Assembly: GCA_965651205.1 (NCBI GenBank)
Contig: CBFGRM010000005.1
Location: forward strand, 6,677 to 70,676
DNA length: 64,000 nt
Direction of reading: 5' to 3'
From: an uncultured bacterium
GTDB lineage: Bacteria > Gemmatimonadota > Gemmatimonadetes > Gemmatimonadales > GWC2-71-9
In this document: positions 30,509 to 39,485 of the stretch, one piece after another
Position numbering within the stretch: position 1 is the first letter of the stretch
Layout of the letters: each line of letters begins with the position of its first letter
Notes under the pieces: model-generated
Told to the model about the DNA's origin: nothing
What the model saw: the letters and a program-made list of their open reading frames with translations, nothing else
The model's database searches: none
Program-made: the position numbers and the translations under genes

Positions 30509-32914
30509 TCACGGTACCATCTCCTTCAGATACCGATCGAGCCACTCCGCCATCTCCGCCAGCGTGTGTCCCACCGACTCGCGGGCCGCATAGCCGTGTG
30601 ACTCGCCCGGCAGCATCACCAGGCGCGCGACGCCGCCGTTGCCCTTGACCGCGGCGTACATCCGCTCCGATTGCACCGGGAAGGTGCCGGAGTTGTTGTC
30701 GTCGGCGCCGTGAATGAACAGGATGGGATCCTTGATCGTGTGGGCATAGGTGAACGGCGACATCTTGCGATACACCGGCTCGGCCTCCCAGTAGGTGCGG
30801 CGTTCGTTCTGGAATCCGAACGGGGTCAGGGTCCTGTTGTAGGCGCCGCTGCGTGCGATGCCGGCCCTGAACAGCCTGGTGTGCGCAAGCAGGTTGGCGG
30901 TGGTGAATGCACCGTACGAGTGGCCCCCCACCGCGATCCGGTCGCGATCGGCCACACCCATCGCCACCAGCGTGTCGATCGCGGCCCTGGCCGAGAGCTC
31001 GAGCTGCTCGACATAACGATCGTTGGCGGTCTCACCCTCGCCCACGATCGGGAAGGTCGGGTTGTCGAGGATGCCGTAGCCCTGCGTGAGCAGGAACAGA
31101 TGCGACGCACCGCCGGGCCTGGTGAAGCGGTACGGCGAACCGCGCACCTGGGATGCGGCACTCGCGCTGGCGAACTCCGCCGGATAGACCCAGAGCAGGA
31201 AGGGGAGCGGTCCGTCGCGACTGGCGTCATAACCAGCCGGCAGGTACAACTGCCCCGACAATCCGACACCGTCGGACCTGGTGTAGTTGACCTGCTGCTT
31301 GGTGACTCCCGCGAACGCCGGCGCAGGATCTGGAGTGTGGGTGAGCTGTACCGGTGCCCGCCTCAGCACCAGATCGCGTTGCCAGTAGTTGGGCGGCTCG
31401 CTGATCGACTCGCGCCTGGTGAGCCAGGTACCCGCGTCGGCATCGATTGGCGCCACAATGGTCTCGTAGGATTCACCGCTTGATTGCCACAACCGGGTCG
31501 TCTCGCCAGTGGCAATGTCGAGTCGGTCGAGGAAGGGCCGATCACCCTCGGGAGAGGCACCCTGGCCGGTGAGCCAGAGACTCTTGCCGTCGCGACTGAA
31601 CTTGAGCAGCGTACGGCCGTCGTCGGTCTCCTCCGACATCGGGGAACCGGGATTGCCGTAGGCATCGTCGCTGGCGCGCTCCCACAACAACCGCGGTGCA
31701 GCAGCCGGACGCGAGGGGTCGATGATCCAGGTGCGGGTCATCCGGGTGGGCGCCCACGATTCGCTCAGCAGGGCGAAATCATCACGGCCCCAACTGATGC
31801 CGCCGGCGCGCCACTCGGTTTCCGCGAACGTGGCGGGTTGAGCGGTGAAGGGCGCGTCCAGGACCAGGATCCGGTCCCGCCTGGCGACAACACTGTCGGG
31901 CTTGCCGCCATCCAGTGCCTCGAACCAGAGCAGGGTCGCGGGTGCGTCGCCGCGCCATCGCCAACTGCGAGGACCGGTTACCGTGGCCCCGCGCGCAATC
32001 GGCTGCACCTTGACCACCGGTGCATCCTCGAGCAGCCGCACCTCGCGACCATCGCGACTCCAGATTGCGGTCCGCGACGGGAAACGCGACCACGTCACCT
32101 GGTGCGAGAACGGTTCGCGGTAGGTGGTCGCAATGAACCACTGACCGTCGGGCGACGGATTCAGGCTGAGCGTCAGTCCGGCCGGACCTACCGGAGTGAT
32201 GGTGCCGTCCAGTCCGATCACGGCGTTCTGAGTGGCGAAGTAGTGCGCGAACAACTCTTCATCGTGCGGCGTTTCGAGCAGGTCCTGATAGGTGCGCTCG
32301 GGTGCGCTCCGCCCCATCGACTCCTGAGTCACCGGCCCGGTGGGGACGGTCGGCGCTGTCGGTGCGGGACCTCGATCGGCAGGGATCAACGCGCAGAGCA
32401 ACTCGCTGCTGCCAGCCAGCCATTGGCAGGGCGAACCGTGGGCGCCGTTGAGGCGAGGGCCAACCAGTCGCTCGACCGTGCCGGTGGTGTCAGACAGGTA
32501 GAGCGCGATTCCCTCATCCGTCGACTGGGTGAAGAAGAAGCGACTGCCGTCGGGTGACCAGTTTGGCGACGAGAGACCACCGCCAGCCGGTGTTGCGACG
32601 GTGATGTCTTCACCGCCGCGCAGCCGCCTCAGCGTGAATCCGAGGTAGCCACCGGTGGTGGCAGTACCGTTGGTGCGCGGGTTGATGCGACTTCCCGCCA
32701 GCTTGAGATGCGGTGCTGCGACCTCGGCGATCGGCGGCAGACCGCGACGCTCCAGCAGCACGAACCAGTCGCGCCTGGGCGACAACGCGATCTGCGGCGC
32801 CGGATCGGCATCAAGCATCGCGGTGATCGCCGGCGGCGGGTCGCGATAACCGTCCTGGGCCTGGGCCACCAAGGGCAGCAACAACACCGGAAGGATTGCT
32901 AGGCAGCGACGCAC
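30509..32914 (-). CDS. S9-family serine peptidase (prolyl oligopeptidase/dipeptidyl-peptidase type) with N-terminal beta-propeller
   Basis: 801 aa. GTG start preceded by AGGAGGA. Signal peptide. Nucleophile elbow GGHSYGAF and a C-terminal alpha/beta-hydrolase domain (FIHGADDNN...ESHGY). Confidence 0.9.
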   Translation of the reverse strand: MRRCLAILPVLLLPLVAQAQDGYRDPPPAITAMLDADPAPQIALSPRRDWFVLLERRGLPPIAEVAAPHLKLAGSRINPRTNGTATTGGYLGFTLRRLRGGEDITVATPAGGGLSSPNWSPDGSRFFFTQSTDEGIALYLSDTTGTVERLVGPRLNGAHGSPCQWLAGSSELLCALIPADRGPAPTAPTVPTGPVTQESMGRSAPERTYQDLLETPHDEELFAHYFATQNAVIGLDGTITPVGPAGLTLSLNPSPDGQWFIATTYREPFSHQVTWSRFPSRTAIWSRDGREVRLLEDAPVVKVQPIARGATVTGPRSWRWRGDAPATLLWFEALDGGKPDSVVARRDRILVLDAPFTAQPATFAETEWRAGGISWGRDDFALLSESWAPTRMTRTWIIDPSRPAAAPRLLWERASDDAYGNPGSPMSEETDDGRTLLKFSRDGKSLWLTGQGASPEGDRPFLDRLDIATGETTRLWQSSGESYETIVAPIDADAGTWLTRRESISEPPNYWQRDLVLRRAPVQLTHTPDPAPAFAGVTKQQVNYTRSDGVGLSGQLYLPAGYDASRDGPLPFLLWVYPAEFASASAASQVRGSPYRFTRPGGASHLFLLTQGYGILDNPTFPIVGEGETANDRYVEQLELSARAAIDTLVAMGVADRDRIAVGGHSYGAFTTANLLAHTRLFRAGIARSGAYNRTLTPFGFQNERRTYWEAEPVYRKMSPFTYAHTIKDPILFIHGADDNNSGTFPVQSERMYAAVKGNGGVARLVMLPGESHGYAARESVGHTLAEMAEWLDRYLKEMVP

Positions 32915-33031
32915 GGGATGCTCCTCCTGCTGGTGAACTGACGGTGGGAACGTCCGCCGGGCTGTCCCCCGAGCGGCGACTGGCGTATCCTACTCTGGTC
33001 GACCCGTTTCGCAATCCGCCGGTTCCGCCCG

Positions 33032-33766
33032 ATGGAGGCCATCATTCCCCGCTCCACACTCGACATCACCTGGCTCGGCCACAGCGGCTTCCTGCTCGAA
33101 GCCGACGGCTCGGTGCCGTTTGCCTTCGACCCTTGGCTGGACAACCCCAGGGCACCGGCCGATGCCGTCGCCCTGGCCCACCGCGCCAAGGTGATCCTGC
33201 TCACCCACGGCCACTTCGATCACCTCGACAGCGTACCGGGGATCGCCAGGGCAAGCGGGGCCGTGGTGCTCACCACTGACGAACTGGCCACCGAACTGGC
33301 CGACCAGGGCGTGGCCGAAGATCAGTTGGTCGGGTTCAATATCGGAGGCCAGGCGTCCGCCAGCGGAATCAGCGCCACCCTGGTGCAGGCGTTCCACTCG
33401 TCATCGCACGTCGATTCCAGCGGCCGCCAGCGCGAACTGGGGACGCCGTGCGGATTCATCGTCGAGGCCGAGGGTCTGCCGGTGATCTACAACACTGGTG
33501 ACACCGGGGTGTTCGGCGATATGGCATTGATCGCCGAACTCTATCAACCAGAACTGATGTTCCTGCCGATCGGAGACTTCTACACGATGGGCGCCCGACA
33601 GGCGGCAAAGGCCGTCGACCTGGTTCGACCTCGCTGGATCGTGCCGCAGCATTACGGCACCTTTCCGCTGCTCACCGGCACACTGGATCAGTTCCGCGAC
33701 GCCCTCGCACCCGCCTACCGCGACCGGGTGCTGGAACTGAAACCGGGCGAGGCGATCACCATATGA
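33032..33766 (+). CDS. Metallo-beta-lactamase-fold metal-dependent hydrolase (UPF0173-like)
   Basis: It has ITWLGHSGFLLEADG, LLTHGHFDHLDS (HxHxDH-type motif) and IVPQHYGTFPLL. Confidence 0.8.
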   Translation: MEAIIPRSTLDITWLGHSGFLLEADGSVPFAFDPWLDNPRAPADAVALAHRAKVILLTHGHFDHLDSVPGIARASGAVVLTTDELATELADQGVAEDQLVGFNIGGQASASGISATLVQAFHSSSHVDSSGRQRELGTPCGFIVEAEGLPVIYNTGDTGVFGDMALIAELYQPELMFLPIGDFYTMGARQAAKAVDLVRPRWIVPQHYGTFPLLTGTLDQFRDALAPAYRDRVLELKPGEAITI

Positions 33767-34668
33767 CCACGATCGAAGTCCTCGGGGTGCCGATGGACCT
33801 GGGCCAATCGCGGCGCGGCGTCGAGATGGGCCCGTCGGCAGTGCGGCACGCCCAGCTCGAGGCCCGACTCGAGGCACTGGGTCACACCGTGCAGGACGCC
33901 GGTGACATCGCGGTTCCGACTCGCGAAACCATCGCGGCAGTGCGGGGACTGGATTACCTCGACACCATTACCGATGTCTGCCGCACTCTGGCGGTTCGCA
34001 CCGGCGACATCGTCTCACGCGGTCACACTCCGTTGGTGATCGGCGGTGACCACTCGATCGCCGCTGGCTCGATTGCGGGAGTCGCCGCAGCATTGTCGAC
34101 CCGGGGCGAGCGACTCGGCGTGCTGTGGATCGACGCACACGGCGATCTCAACACCCCCGAGAGTTCCGACACCGGCAACATCCACGGAATGCCGTTGGCA
34201 CACCTGCTCGGGCACGGCCACCCGCCGCTGGTGCAGGTCGGCGGCACCGAGGCGTCCATTCTGGCAGAGCACGTCGCAATCATCGGTGCGCGCGACCTCG
34301 ACGAAGCCGAACGCCGGCACGCCATCGAATGGGGCGTCCGTGTATACACGATGCGCGAGATCGACGAGCGTGGGATGCGGGCAGTGATGCAGGAGGCCAT
34401 CGGCAGGGTCAGCACCGGGACCGGTGGTATTCACGTGTCGCTGGATCTCGACTTCGTCGACCCGCGCGAGGCCCCCGGTGTTGGCACTCCGGTCCGCGGT
34501 GGCGCCACCTGGCGCGAGGCACACCTGGCGATGGAAACCCTGGCCGACACCGGCCGGATTGTGGCGATGGACCTGGTGGAAGTGAACCCGGTGCTCGATG
34601 AGTTCAACCAGACCGCCGAACTGGCGGTGGGCCTGGTATCCAGTGCTTTCGGAAAGAGGATCCTGTGA
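33763..34668 (+). CDS. rocF: Arginase (ureohydrolase family)
   Basis: It has GGDHSIAAGS, WIDAHGDLNTPESSDTGNIHGMPLAHLLG and VSLDLDFVDP. The SGNIHGMP-type loop favours arginase over agmatinase or formiminoglutamase. ATGA overlap with the upstream gene. Confidence 0.85.
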   Translation: MTTIEVLGVPMDLGQSRRGVEMGPSAVRHAQLEARLEALGHTVQDAGDIAVPTRETIAAVRGLDYLDTITDVCRTLAVRTGDIVSRGHTPLVIGGDHSIAAGSIAGVAAALSTRGERLGVLWIDAHGDLNTPESSDTGNIHGMPLAHLLGHGHPPLVQVGGTEASILAEHVAIIGARDLDEAERRHAIEWGVRVYTMREIDERGMRAVMQEAIGRVSTGTGGIHVSLDLDFVDPREAPGVGTPVRGGATWREAHLAMETLADTGRIVAMDLVEVNPVLDEFNQTAELAVGLVSSAFGKRIL

Positions 34669-35390
34669 ACAACGAATCGCGCTTCGGTGCCGCCATCGTG
34701 CTCGCCGCCGGCCTGATCATCTCGGCACTCATCGGCGGCTGGGCGATCAGCAACCTGCGGCGCGCCGGCGACCAGATCACCGTCACCGGCTCGGCCACCC
34801 GTCCGGTGCGCTCGGACTTTGCCGTCTGGCGGCTCGATATCAATGCGCAGGCTTCCACCCAGTTGAACGCCACCCGAAACGCCGCAAGCGGAGCGCAGGC
34901 CGTGCGCGACTGGCTGCTGGCGCAGGGCTTCGCCGACAGTGCGGTCAACATCCGCACCCCGTACACAATGGTCCAGAACGAATGGATCAACGGGATGGAA
35001 ACCGGCCGCATCCTCGGCTACAGGGTGTCGCAACAGGTCGAAGTGCGCACCACCGACATCGACAAGGTGGCCGATCTTGCCGGCGACCTCACCCAACTCA
35101 TCGACCAAGGGATCCCGGTTACCGGACAGGCACCGGAGTTTCTCTACGCGGCGCTGCCCGAGATCCGCGGCCCACTGCTGGCCGACGCCACCCGCGACGC
35201 TCGCAACCGCGCCGAGGAGATCGTCACGGCAGCCGGCGCCAAGGTGGGCCGGATCAAGTCGGTCAACGTGGGGGTGTTCCAGGTCCGGCGTAGGCAATCG
35301 GTCGACGTCAGCGATTACGGGATGTACGACACCAGCGATCGCGACAAGGACGTGACCGGGGTGATCCGGGTCACCTTCGCGATAGACTGA
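34665..35390 (+). CDS. SIMPL (DUF541) domain membrane-anchored protein
   Basis: GTG in a GTGA overlap with the arginase gene. N-terminal anchor helix, then a SIMPL-like pattern (ITVTGSA...R.AR..A..IV.AAGAKVGRIKSVN). Confidence 0.7.
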   Translation: MNNESRFGAAIVLAAGLIISALIGGWAISNLRRAGDQITVTGSATRPVRSDFAVWRLDINAQASTQLNATRNAASGAQAVRDWLLAQGFADSAVNIRTPYTMVQNEWINGMETGRILGYRVSQQVEVRTTDIDKVADLAGDLTQLIDQGIPVTGQAPEFLYAALPEIRGPLLADATRDARNRAEEIVTAAGAKVGRIKSVNVGVFQVRRRQSVDVSDYGMYDTSDRDKDVTGVIRVTFAID

Positions 35391-35397
35391 CCCAGCG

Positions 35398-35422
35398 GCC
35401 CGCCGGGAAGAAGCCGGCGGGC
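35398..35422 (+). terminator. GC-rich hairpin downstream of the SIMPL gene (terminator-like, no U-tract)
   Basis: gcccgccgg-gaagaag-ccggcgggc: 9-bp perfect stem with a 7-nt loop, 8 nt after the stop. Confidence 0.4.
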
Positions 35423-35546
35423 ACTGCCTGGACCGGCGGTTCAAGTGACGTTCAACCTTGCAACGTCCGACAGGGGTGGACGGAGACGGTATCTGCCGAT
35501 ACTTTGTTGCGTCCGCTGACCCTGATCCTGTCCTGCCGAGCCCCAA

Positions 35547-36146
35547 GTGCGCCTTGTCCGACGCTGGATAGCTTGTTGTGCCATCGCCGCCGTCACCCTG
35601 ACGGCGCATTCGGTGTCACCGCTCAGCGCACAGTCCACCACTTCGGCTTTCTCCCGAACTGAAAAGCCTTTCACCACCATCTCGCGGATGTTCCTGCGCA
35701 ACGCCGAGCGCGACTCGCTGGTCGAGTTGGCGACGGCGCAGGTGGGGACGCGCTACCGCTGGGGTGCGGCATCGCCCGGCACCGCCTTCGATTGCAGCGG
35801 ACTGGTGCAGTGGCTTATGGCCAACTTCGACATCGTGATGCCCCGCACCTCGCGCGATCAGGCGCGGATCGGCTGGGAGATCCCCAAGGATCCCGACCAG
35901 ATGCTGCCCGGCGACCTGCTCTACTTCGCCGATGGTCGTACGGTCGACCATATCGGCATCTACATCGGTGACGGGCGATACGTGCACGCGGCCAACAAGC
36001 GCAAGGGCGTGATCGTCTCGAACCTGCCTACCGGGCGGAGTCGCGACAGATGGTGGCGCGGTGTGCGTCGGGTGTTTGCGCACCCGGAGGAAATTGCCAG
36101 CATCACTGCCCGGATCCCGACGGTCCTGCTCACCAGCGGCACCTGA
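35547..36146 (+). CDS. NlpC/P60 (C40) cell-wall peptidase
   Basis: Signal peptide. YRWGAASPGTAFDCSGLVQWL (catalytic Cys) and VDHIGIYIGDGRYVHA (catalytic His). Confidence 0.85.
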   Translation: MRLVRRWIACCAIAAVTLTAHSVSPLSAQSTTSAFSRTEKPFTTISRMFLRNAERDSLVELATAQVGTRYRWGAASPGTAFDCSGLVQWLMANFDIVMPRTSRDQARIGWEIPKDPDQMLPGDLLYFADGRTVDHIGIYIGDGRYVHAANKRKGVIVSNLPTGRSRDRWWRGVRRVFAHPEEIASITARIPTVLLTSGT

Positions 36147-36229
36147 CTCCTCGCCCTGCGGCATCGGTCGCTTCCCTCAGGAATTGCGCCGCATCAAGGG
36201 AACAACAGCCGGCCCGGGCCGCGCAGATC

Positions 36230-37123
36230 TCACGGCAACTCGCCAAGGCGGTCGATCACCCGGGAGGTGATGCGGCGAGCGGAGCGCGCGAATCCCGTCC
36301 ACGCGTCACTGTCGGGCAGGGCGCCGATGGTATACTCGTCGCCGCTCTGCACGCCGGTGAGTTGATCCCATCTGATCGGCACCGAGACGCCGGCTGCATC
36401 TCGGGCACGTGGTGACCACGCAGCGACCGAGGTTGCACCGCGGGTGTTGCGCAGCCAGTCGACGAATATCCTGCCCTTGCGACGCGACTTGTCGGCCACC
36501 GACACGTAGCGATCAGGATCACTGGCTGACAGGTACTCTGCGATGGCGCGTGCGAACGTGCTGACCACGTCCCAGTCGGAGTGCCGCGAGATGGGAACGA
36601 CGACGTGCAGGCCCTTGCCGCCGGTAGTCTTGACCCACGGCACCAGGCCCAGCTTGTCGATTACCGCACGAACATCAAGCGCTGCTCGCACCACATCACG
36701 CCAGGCCAGTCCCGGACCAGGGTCGAGATCGAAGGTGATCCGATCCGGACGATCGAGCCGGTCGGCCAGAGCGGGCCAGGGATGGATCTCCATCGTGCCC
36801 CATTGCGCCAGGGTGACCAGTCCCGCCACGTCGCGCACGACGACGTAGGGACTGCTGCCGTCCTTTTCCGGCACCGGCACGGTGTCGAGCGTTCCGGGCA
36901 GGCGACCCTGCCAATGCTTCTGGAAGAAGCAATCGCTGGCGATTCCCTCGGGGCAACGCAGCAGCGACAACGGCCGGTTGCGGACGTGCGGCAGCATCCG
37001 GTCTGCCACTGCCTCGAAGTGCCTCGCGACATCGAGCTTGGTGACGCCGAGCTCGGGATACACTATGCGATCGGGATTGCTGATCGCGACACCCGCCACC
37101 ACGGGGCCCTCGCGAGTGCTCAC
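36230..37123 (-). CDS. Stand-alone LigD polymerase/primase (AEP) domain protein
   Basis: 297 aa. It has ISNPDRIVYPE, ITFDLDPGPG (metal-binding DxD) and TTGGKGLHVVVPI. The GTG start overlaps the ligase gene stop (GTGA). Confidence 0.85.
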   Translation of the reverse strand: MSTREGPVVAGVAISNPDRIVYPELGVTKLDVARHFEAVADRMLPHVRNRPLSLLRCPEGIASDCFFQKHWQGRLPGTLDTVPVPEKDGSSPYVVVRDVAGLVTLAQWGTMEIHPWPALADRLDRPDRITFDLDPGPGLAWRDVVRAALDVRAVIDKLGLVPWVKTTGGKGLHVVVPISRHSDWDVVSTFARAIAEYLSASDPDRYVSVADKSRRKGRIFVDWLRNTRGATSVAAWSPRARDAAGVSVPIRWDQLTGVQSGDEYTIGALPDSDAWTGFARSARRITSRVIDRLGELP

Positions 37124-38052
37124 GGGTTGCGCCTTGGCGTCTCACGCCTGATCTCGGATGCCGGCTTGTCGGTCCTGAGCGCCACGAAGACCGGATGCCG
37201 GAGCCGTCCCTCGGTGGTCCACTCGGTAAACCTCACCTCGGCGACGAGGCGTGGTCGCACCCAGCGGGTTCCGCGAGGCAGTCCAGCAGGGAGCTCACCG
37301 AGGGGAGAGTCGCTTTGCTCGAGTCGCTCCAGGCGCGAGAGAAGTTCCTCGAGGCCGGACTCGTCGAAGCCGCTACCCACCCGGCCGGCGTAGCGCCACT
37401 CGTCTCCCTCACGTACGGCCAGGAGCAGGGAGCCGAAACCGGTGCGCGAGCCGCGCGGTGGCGTGAATCCGACGATCGCGAACTCCTGCCGACGCTCGCA
37501 CTTTGTCTTGCGCCAATCGAGTGTCCTGCCGCTCCTGTAGGGTGCATCGAGTCGCTTGCTGATCACTCCCTCGAGTCCGCGGCTGCAGGCACGGGCGAGC
37601 AGGGTCGCTGCCTCGCCACGGAGCAGCTTGCCCTGACGCACTGGGCCTCGACCTCCGCTCAGTATTTCGCGCAGGCCTTCGCGCCGCTCGCTGAGCGGGG
37701 CCCTGCGAATCGACCTGGAGCCGATTGCGAGCAGGTCGAACACCACATAGTTCACTCCGCGGGTCACCGGGCGATCGAGCCGCTGCTGCAACTCCTGGAA
37801 GTCGCCCGCCGCGGATCCCGCAGCGACGATCTCGCCATCGAGTATCAGGTCGTGCCCGATGTCCTCGCAGCGCGAGGCGACTGCCGGTAGCCGGTCGGTC
37901 CAGTCGATTCCGTTGCGCGAGTAGAGCGTGCACCTGCCACGATGCACAACGGCCTCGATGCGGTAGCCATCGTACTTGACCTCGTGCAACCACTCAGGCC
38001 CGGTGGGGACGCTGTCGACCAGGGTGGCCAGGGCTGGTGGCACGAACCTCAT
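37120..38052 (-). CDS. ligD: Stand-alone ATP-dependent DNA ligase (LigD ligase domain)
   Basis: Start taken at ATG 38052, which overlaps the stop of the phosphoesterase gene (ATGA). It has the adenylation motif I (EVKYDGYRIE), EGVISK, and a C-terminal OB-fold region (AEVRFTEWT..GRLRHPVF). Confidence 0.85.
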   Translation of the reverse strand: MRFVPPALATLVDSVPTGPEWLHEVKYDGYRIEAVVHRGRCTLYSRNGIDWTDRLPAVASRCEDIGHDLILDGEIVAAGSAAGDFQELQQRLDRPVTRGVNYVVFDLLAIGSRSIRRAPLSERREGLREILSGGRGPVRQGKLLRGEAATLLARACSRGLEGVISKRLDAPYRSGRTLDWRKTKCERRQEFAIVGFTPPRGSRTGFGSLLLAVREGDEWRYAGRVGSGFDESGLEELLSRLERLEQSDSPLGELPAGLPRGTRWVRPRLVAEVRFTEWTTEGRLRHPVFVALRTDKPASEIRRETPRRNP

Positions 38053-38528
38053 TGCGACCTGGTCAGCCTGGTGAGCAGCCACTGTGGCTTCGAATCGTCG
38101 GTGCGCATCCGGATCAGCGACCAACGGCCCTTCATCTTCTCGCCAGCGAGGGTGAACACCAGCTTGCCACGCCTGAGACCCTCGCGTGGGTCGCTCTCGC
38201 TCTCCCAGGTGCCGCGGTCCCAGATCTCCACAGTGCCGGCGCCGTATTCACCCTTGGGTATCTCGCCCTCGAACTCGCCGTACTCAAGCGGGTGATCCTC
38301 TACCTCGACCGCCAGTCTCCGGACTCCGTGCTTGCGACTGACGCGCTTGGGCACAGCCCAGCTCTTGAGCACGCCATCGAGTTCAAGTCTGAGGTCGTCG
38401 TGCTCGTGCGATGCCAGGTGATGCTGGATCACGAAGCTGAGCGCGTCATCGTTCGACTTGCGGAGCGAGGGGCCGGGCTCGGGCGTCTTCCTGAAGTCGC
38501 GCTTGCGGCGGTATTCCGTGAGTGACAT
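38049..38528 (-). CDS. Stand-alone LigD 3'-phosphoesterase (PE) domain protein
   Basis: 159 aa. FVIQHHLASHEHDDLRLELDGVLKSWAVPK closely parallels the LigD PE core (F.VQKH.A...HYDFRLE.DGVL.SWAVPKG). Confidence 0.85.
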   Translation of the reverse strand: MSLTEYRRKRDFRKTPEPGPSLRKSNDDALSFVIQHHLASHEHDDLRLELDGVLKSWAVPKRVSRKHGVRRLAVEVEDHPLEYGEFEGEIPKGEYGAGTVEIWDRGTWESESDPREGLRRGKLVFTLAGEKMKGRWSLIRMRTDDSKPQWLLTRLTRSQ

Positions 38529-39385
38529 CAGGCGCTCTTCTTCGAACGACTGCGCGCCTTGGACGTGGACTTCTTTCGCGACCTGCTCGAGGTGCCGCCC
38601 GATCCGCCCTTGACGCTGCGCCTGAGCGCCGCGACCAGGTCCAGCACCTTGGGCTCATCGTCGCCTGCGGCACGCTTGGGCGATGACTTGACTCGCCTGG
38701 TTCCCTTCCTGGCACGTCGCCTGATGAGCGCCTGAAGCTTTCGCTTGAAGGTGTCCTTGTGCTCGGCAGGATCCCACTCCGCCGACATCGACTCGATCAG
38801 GGTGTTGGCCAGCTTCTTCTCCTCCGACTTGATCCTGGACGTGGGCACCTTGACGCCGAGGTCTGAGGGCTTGCGGAGTTCCTCGTCGTAGCGGAGCAAT
38901 TGGACCACCAGCAGGGAGTCGAACGGATACACCGCGCAGACGTACTGGCGGGTCCGCACCACCACTTCGCCGATGCCAATTCGTCCGGACTCTTCCAGCG
39001 CATCGTGCAGCAGCCGATAGGGCTTTTCGCTGCCCTTGACAGGGGCGATCAGGTAGGGCTTGGCGAAGTACGGCAGCGGCACCGCATCGGGAGTCACGAA
39101 TGCGGACAGCTCGATCGACTTGCTGGCTTCCGGGTTGGCCTCGGCAATGTCCTCGTCGCTCACCACCACGTAGTGACCGGGCCTGACCTCGAAGCCGCGG
39201 ACGATGTCTTCCTTGTCGACTTCCTTGCCGGTCTCCTTGCTGACCTTGCGGTAGCCGATCGGCGACATATCGCGCTGATCGAGCAAGTCGAAGTCGATTC
39301 GTTCGGGGGCCTCCATCGGCAGCAACTCGACACCGATGTTGACCAGGCCGAAACCGATGCTGCCCTTCCAGATTGATCTCGCCAC
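38528..39385 (-). CDS. ku: Ku DNA end-binding protein with basic C-terminal tail
   Basis: It starts ARSIWKGSIGFGLVNIGVEL and ends in a Lys/Arg/Ser-rich tail (SRSRKKSTSKARSRSKKSA). GTG start at 39385, preceded by AGGAGG on the minus strand. Confidence 0.9.
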   Translation of the reverse strand: MARSIWKGSIGFGLVNIGVELLPMEAPERIDFDLLDQRDMSPIGYRKVSKETGKEVDKEDIVRGFEVRPGHYVVVSDEDIAEANPEASKSIELSAFVTPDAVPLPYFAKPYLIAPVKGSEKPYRLLHDALEESGRIGIGEVVVRTRQYVCAVYPFDSLLVVQLLRYDEELRKPSDLGVKVPTSRIKSEEKKLANTLIESMSAEWDPAEHKDTFKRKLQALIRRRARKGTRRVKSSPKRAAGDDEPKVLDLVAALRRSVKGGSGGTSSRSRKKSTSKARSRSKKSA

Positions 39386-39427
39386 GTTGCCGCCTCCTGC
39401 TCAAGTGACGGCGCCGCAGTCCACGCA

Positions 39428-39446
39428 GTGCACAGCCAAGGTGCAC
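39428..39446. promoter_or_regulatory. GTGCAC-N7-GTGCAC palindromic pair upstream of ku (candidate operator)
   Basis: gtgcac agccaag gtgcac read directly, 43-61 nt upstream of the ku start. No known regulator is assigned. Confidence 0.25.
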
Positions 39447-39485
39447 GCGAGCACCCCGACCCACTTGCGGACATCAACTTCGGTA

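Noticed and set aside
35423-35546. Structured leader upstream of the NlpC/P60 gene, considered as a possible cyclic-di-AMP (ydaO-type) riboswitch. It has several short hairpins, e.g. gtatc-tgcc-gatac, gtcc...ggac and the repeat gttcaa-N5-gttcaa.
   Set aside because: The pseudo-two-fold ydaO consensus elements are not evident by eye, and the hairpins are short. I keep it only as a note; an Infernal scan would decide.
37120-38528. The split LigD as a sequencing or frameshift artefact
   Set aside because: This is not fully excluded. However, both junctions are canonical ATGA/GTGA overlaps with in-frame start codons placed exactly at domain boundaries, the same junction style as many other operons in this window. 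I therefore treat it as real and list how to test it.
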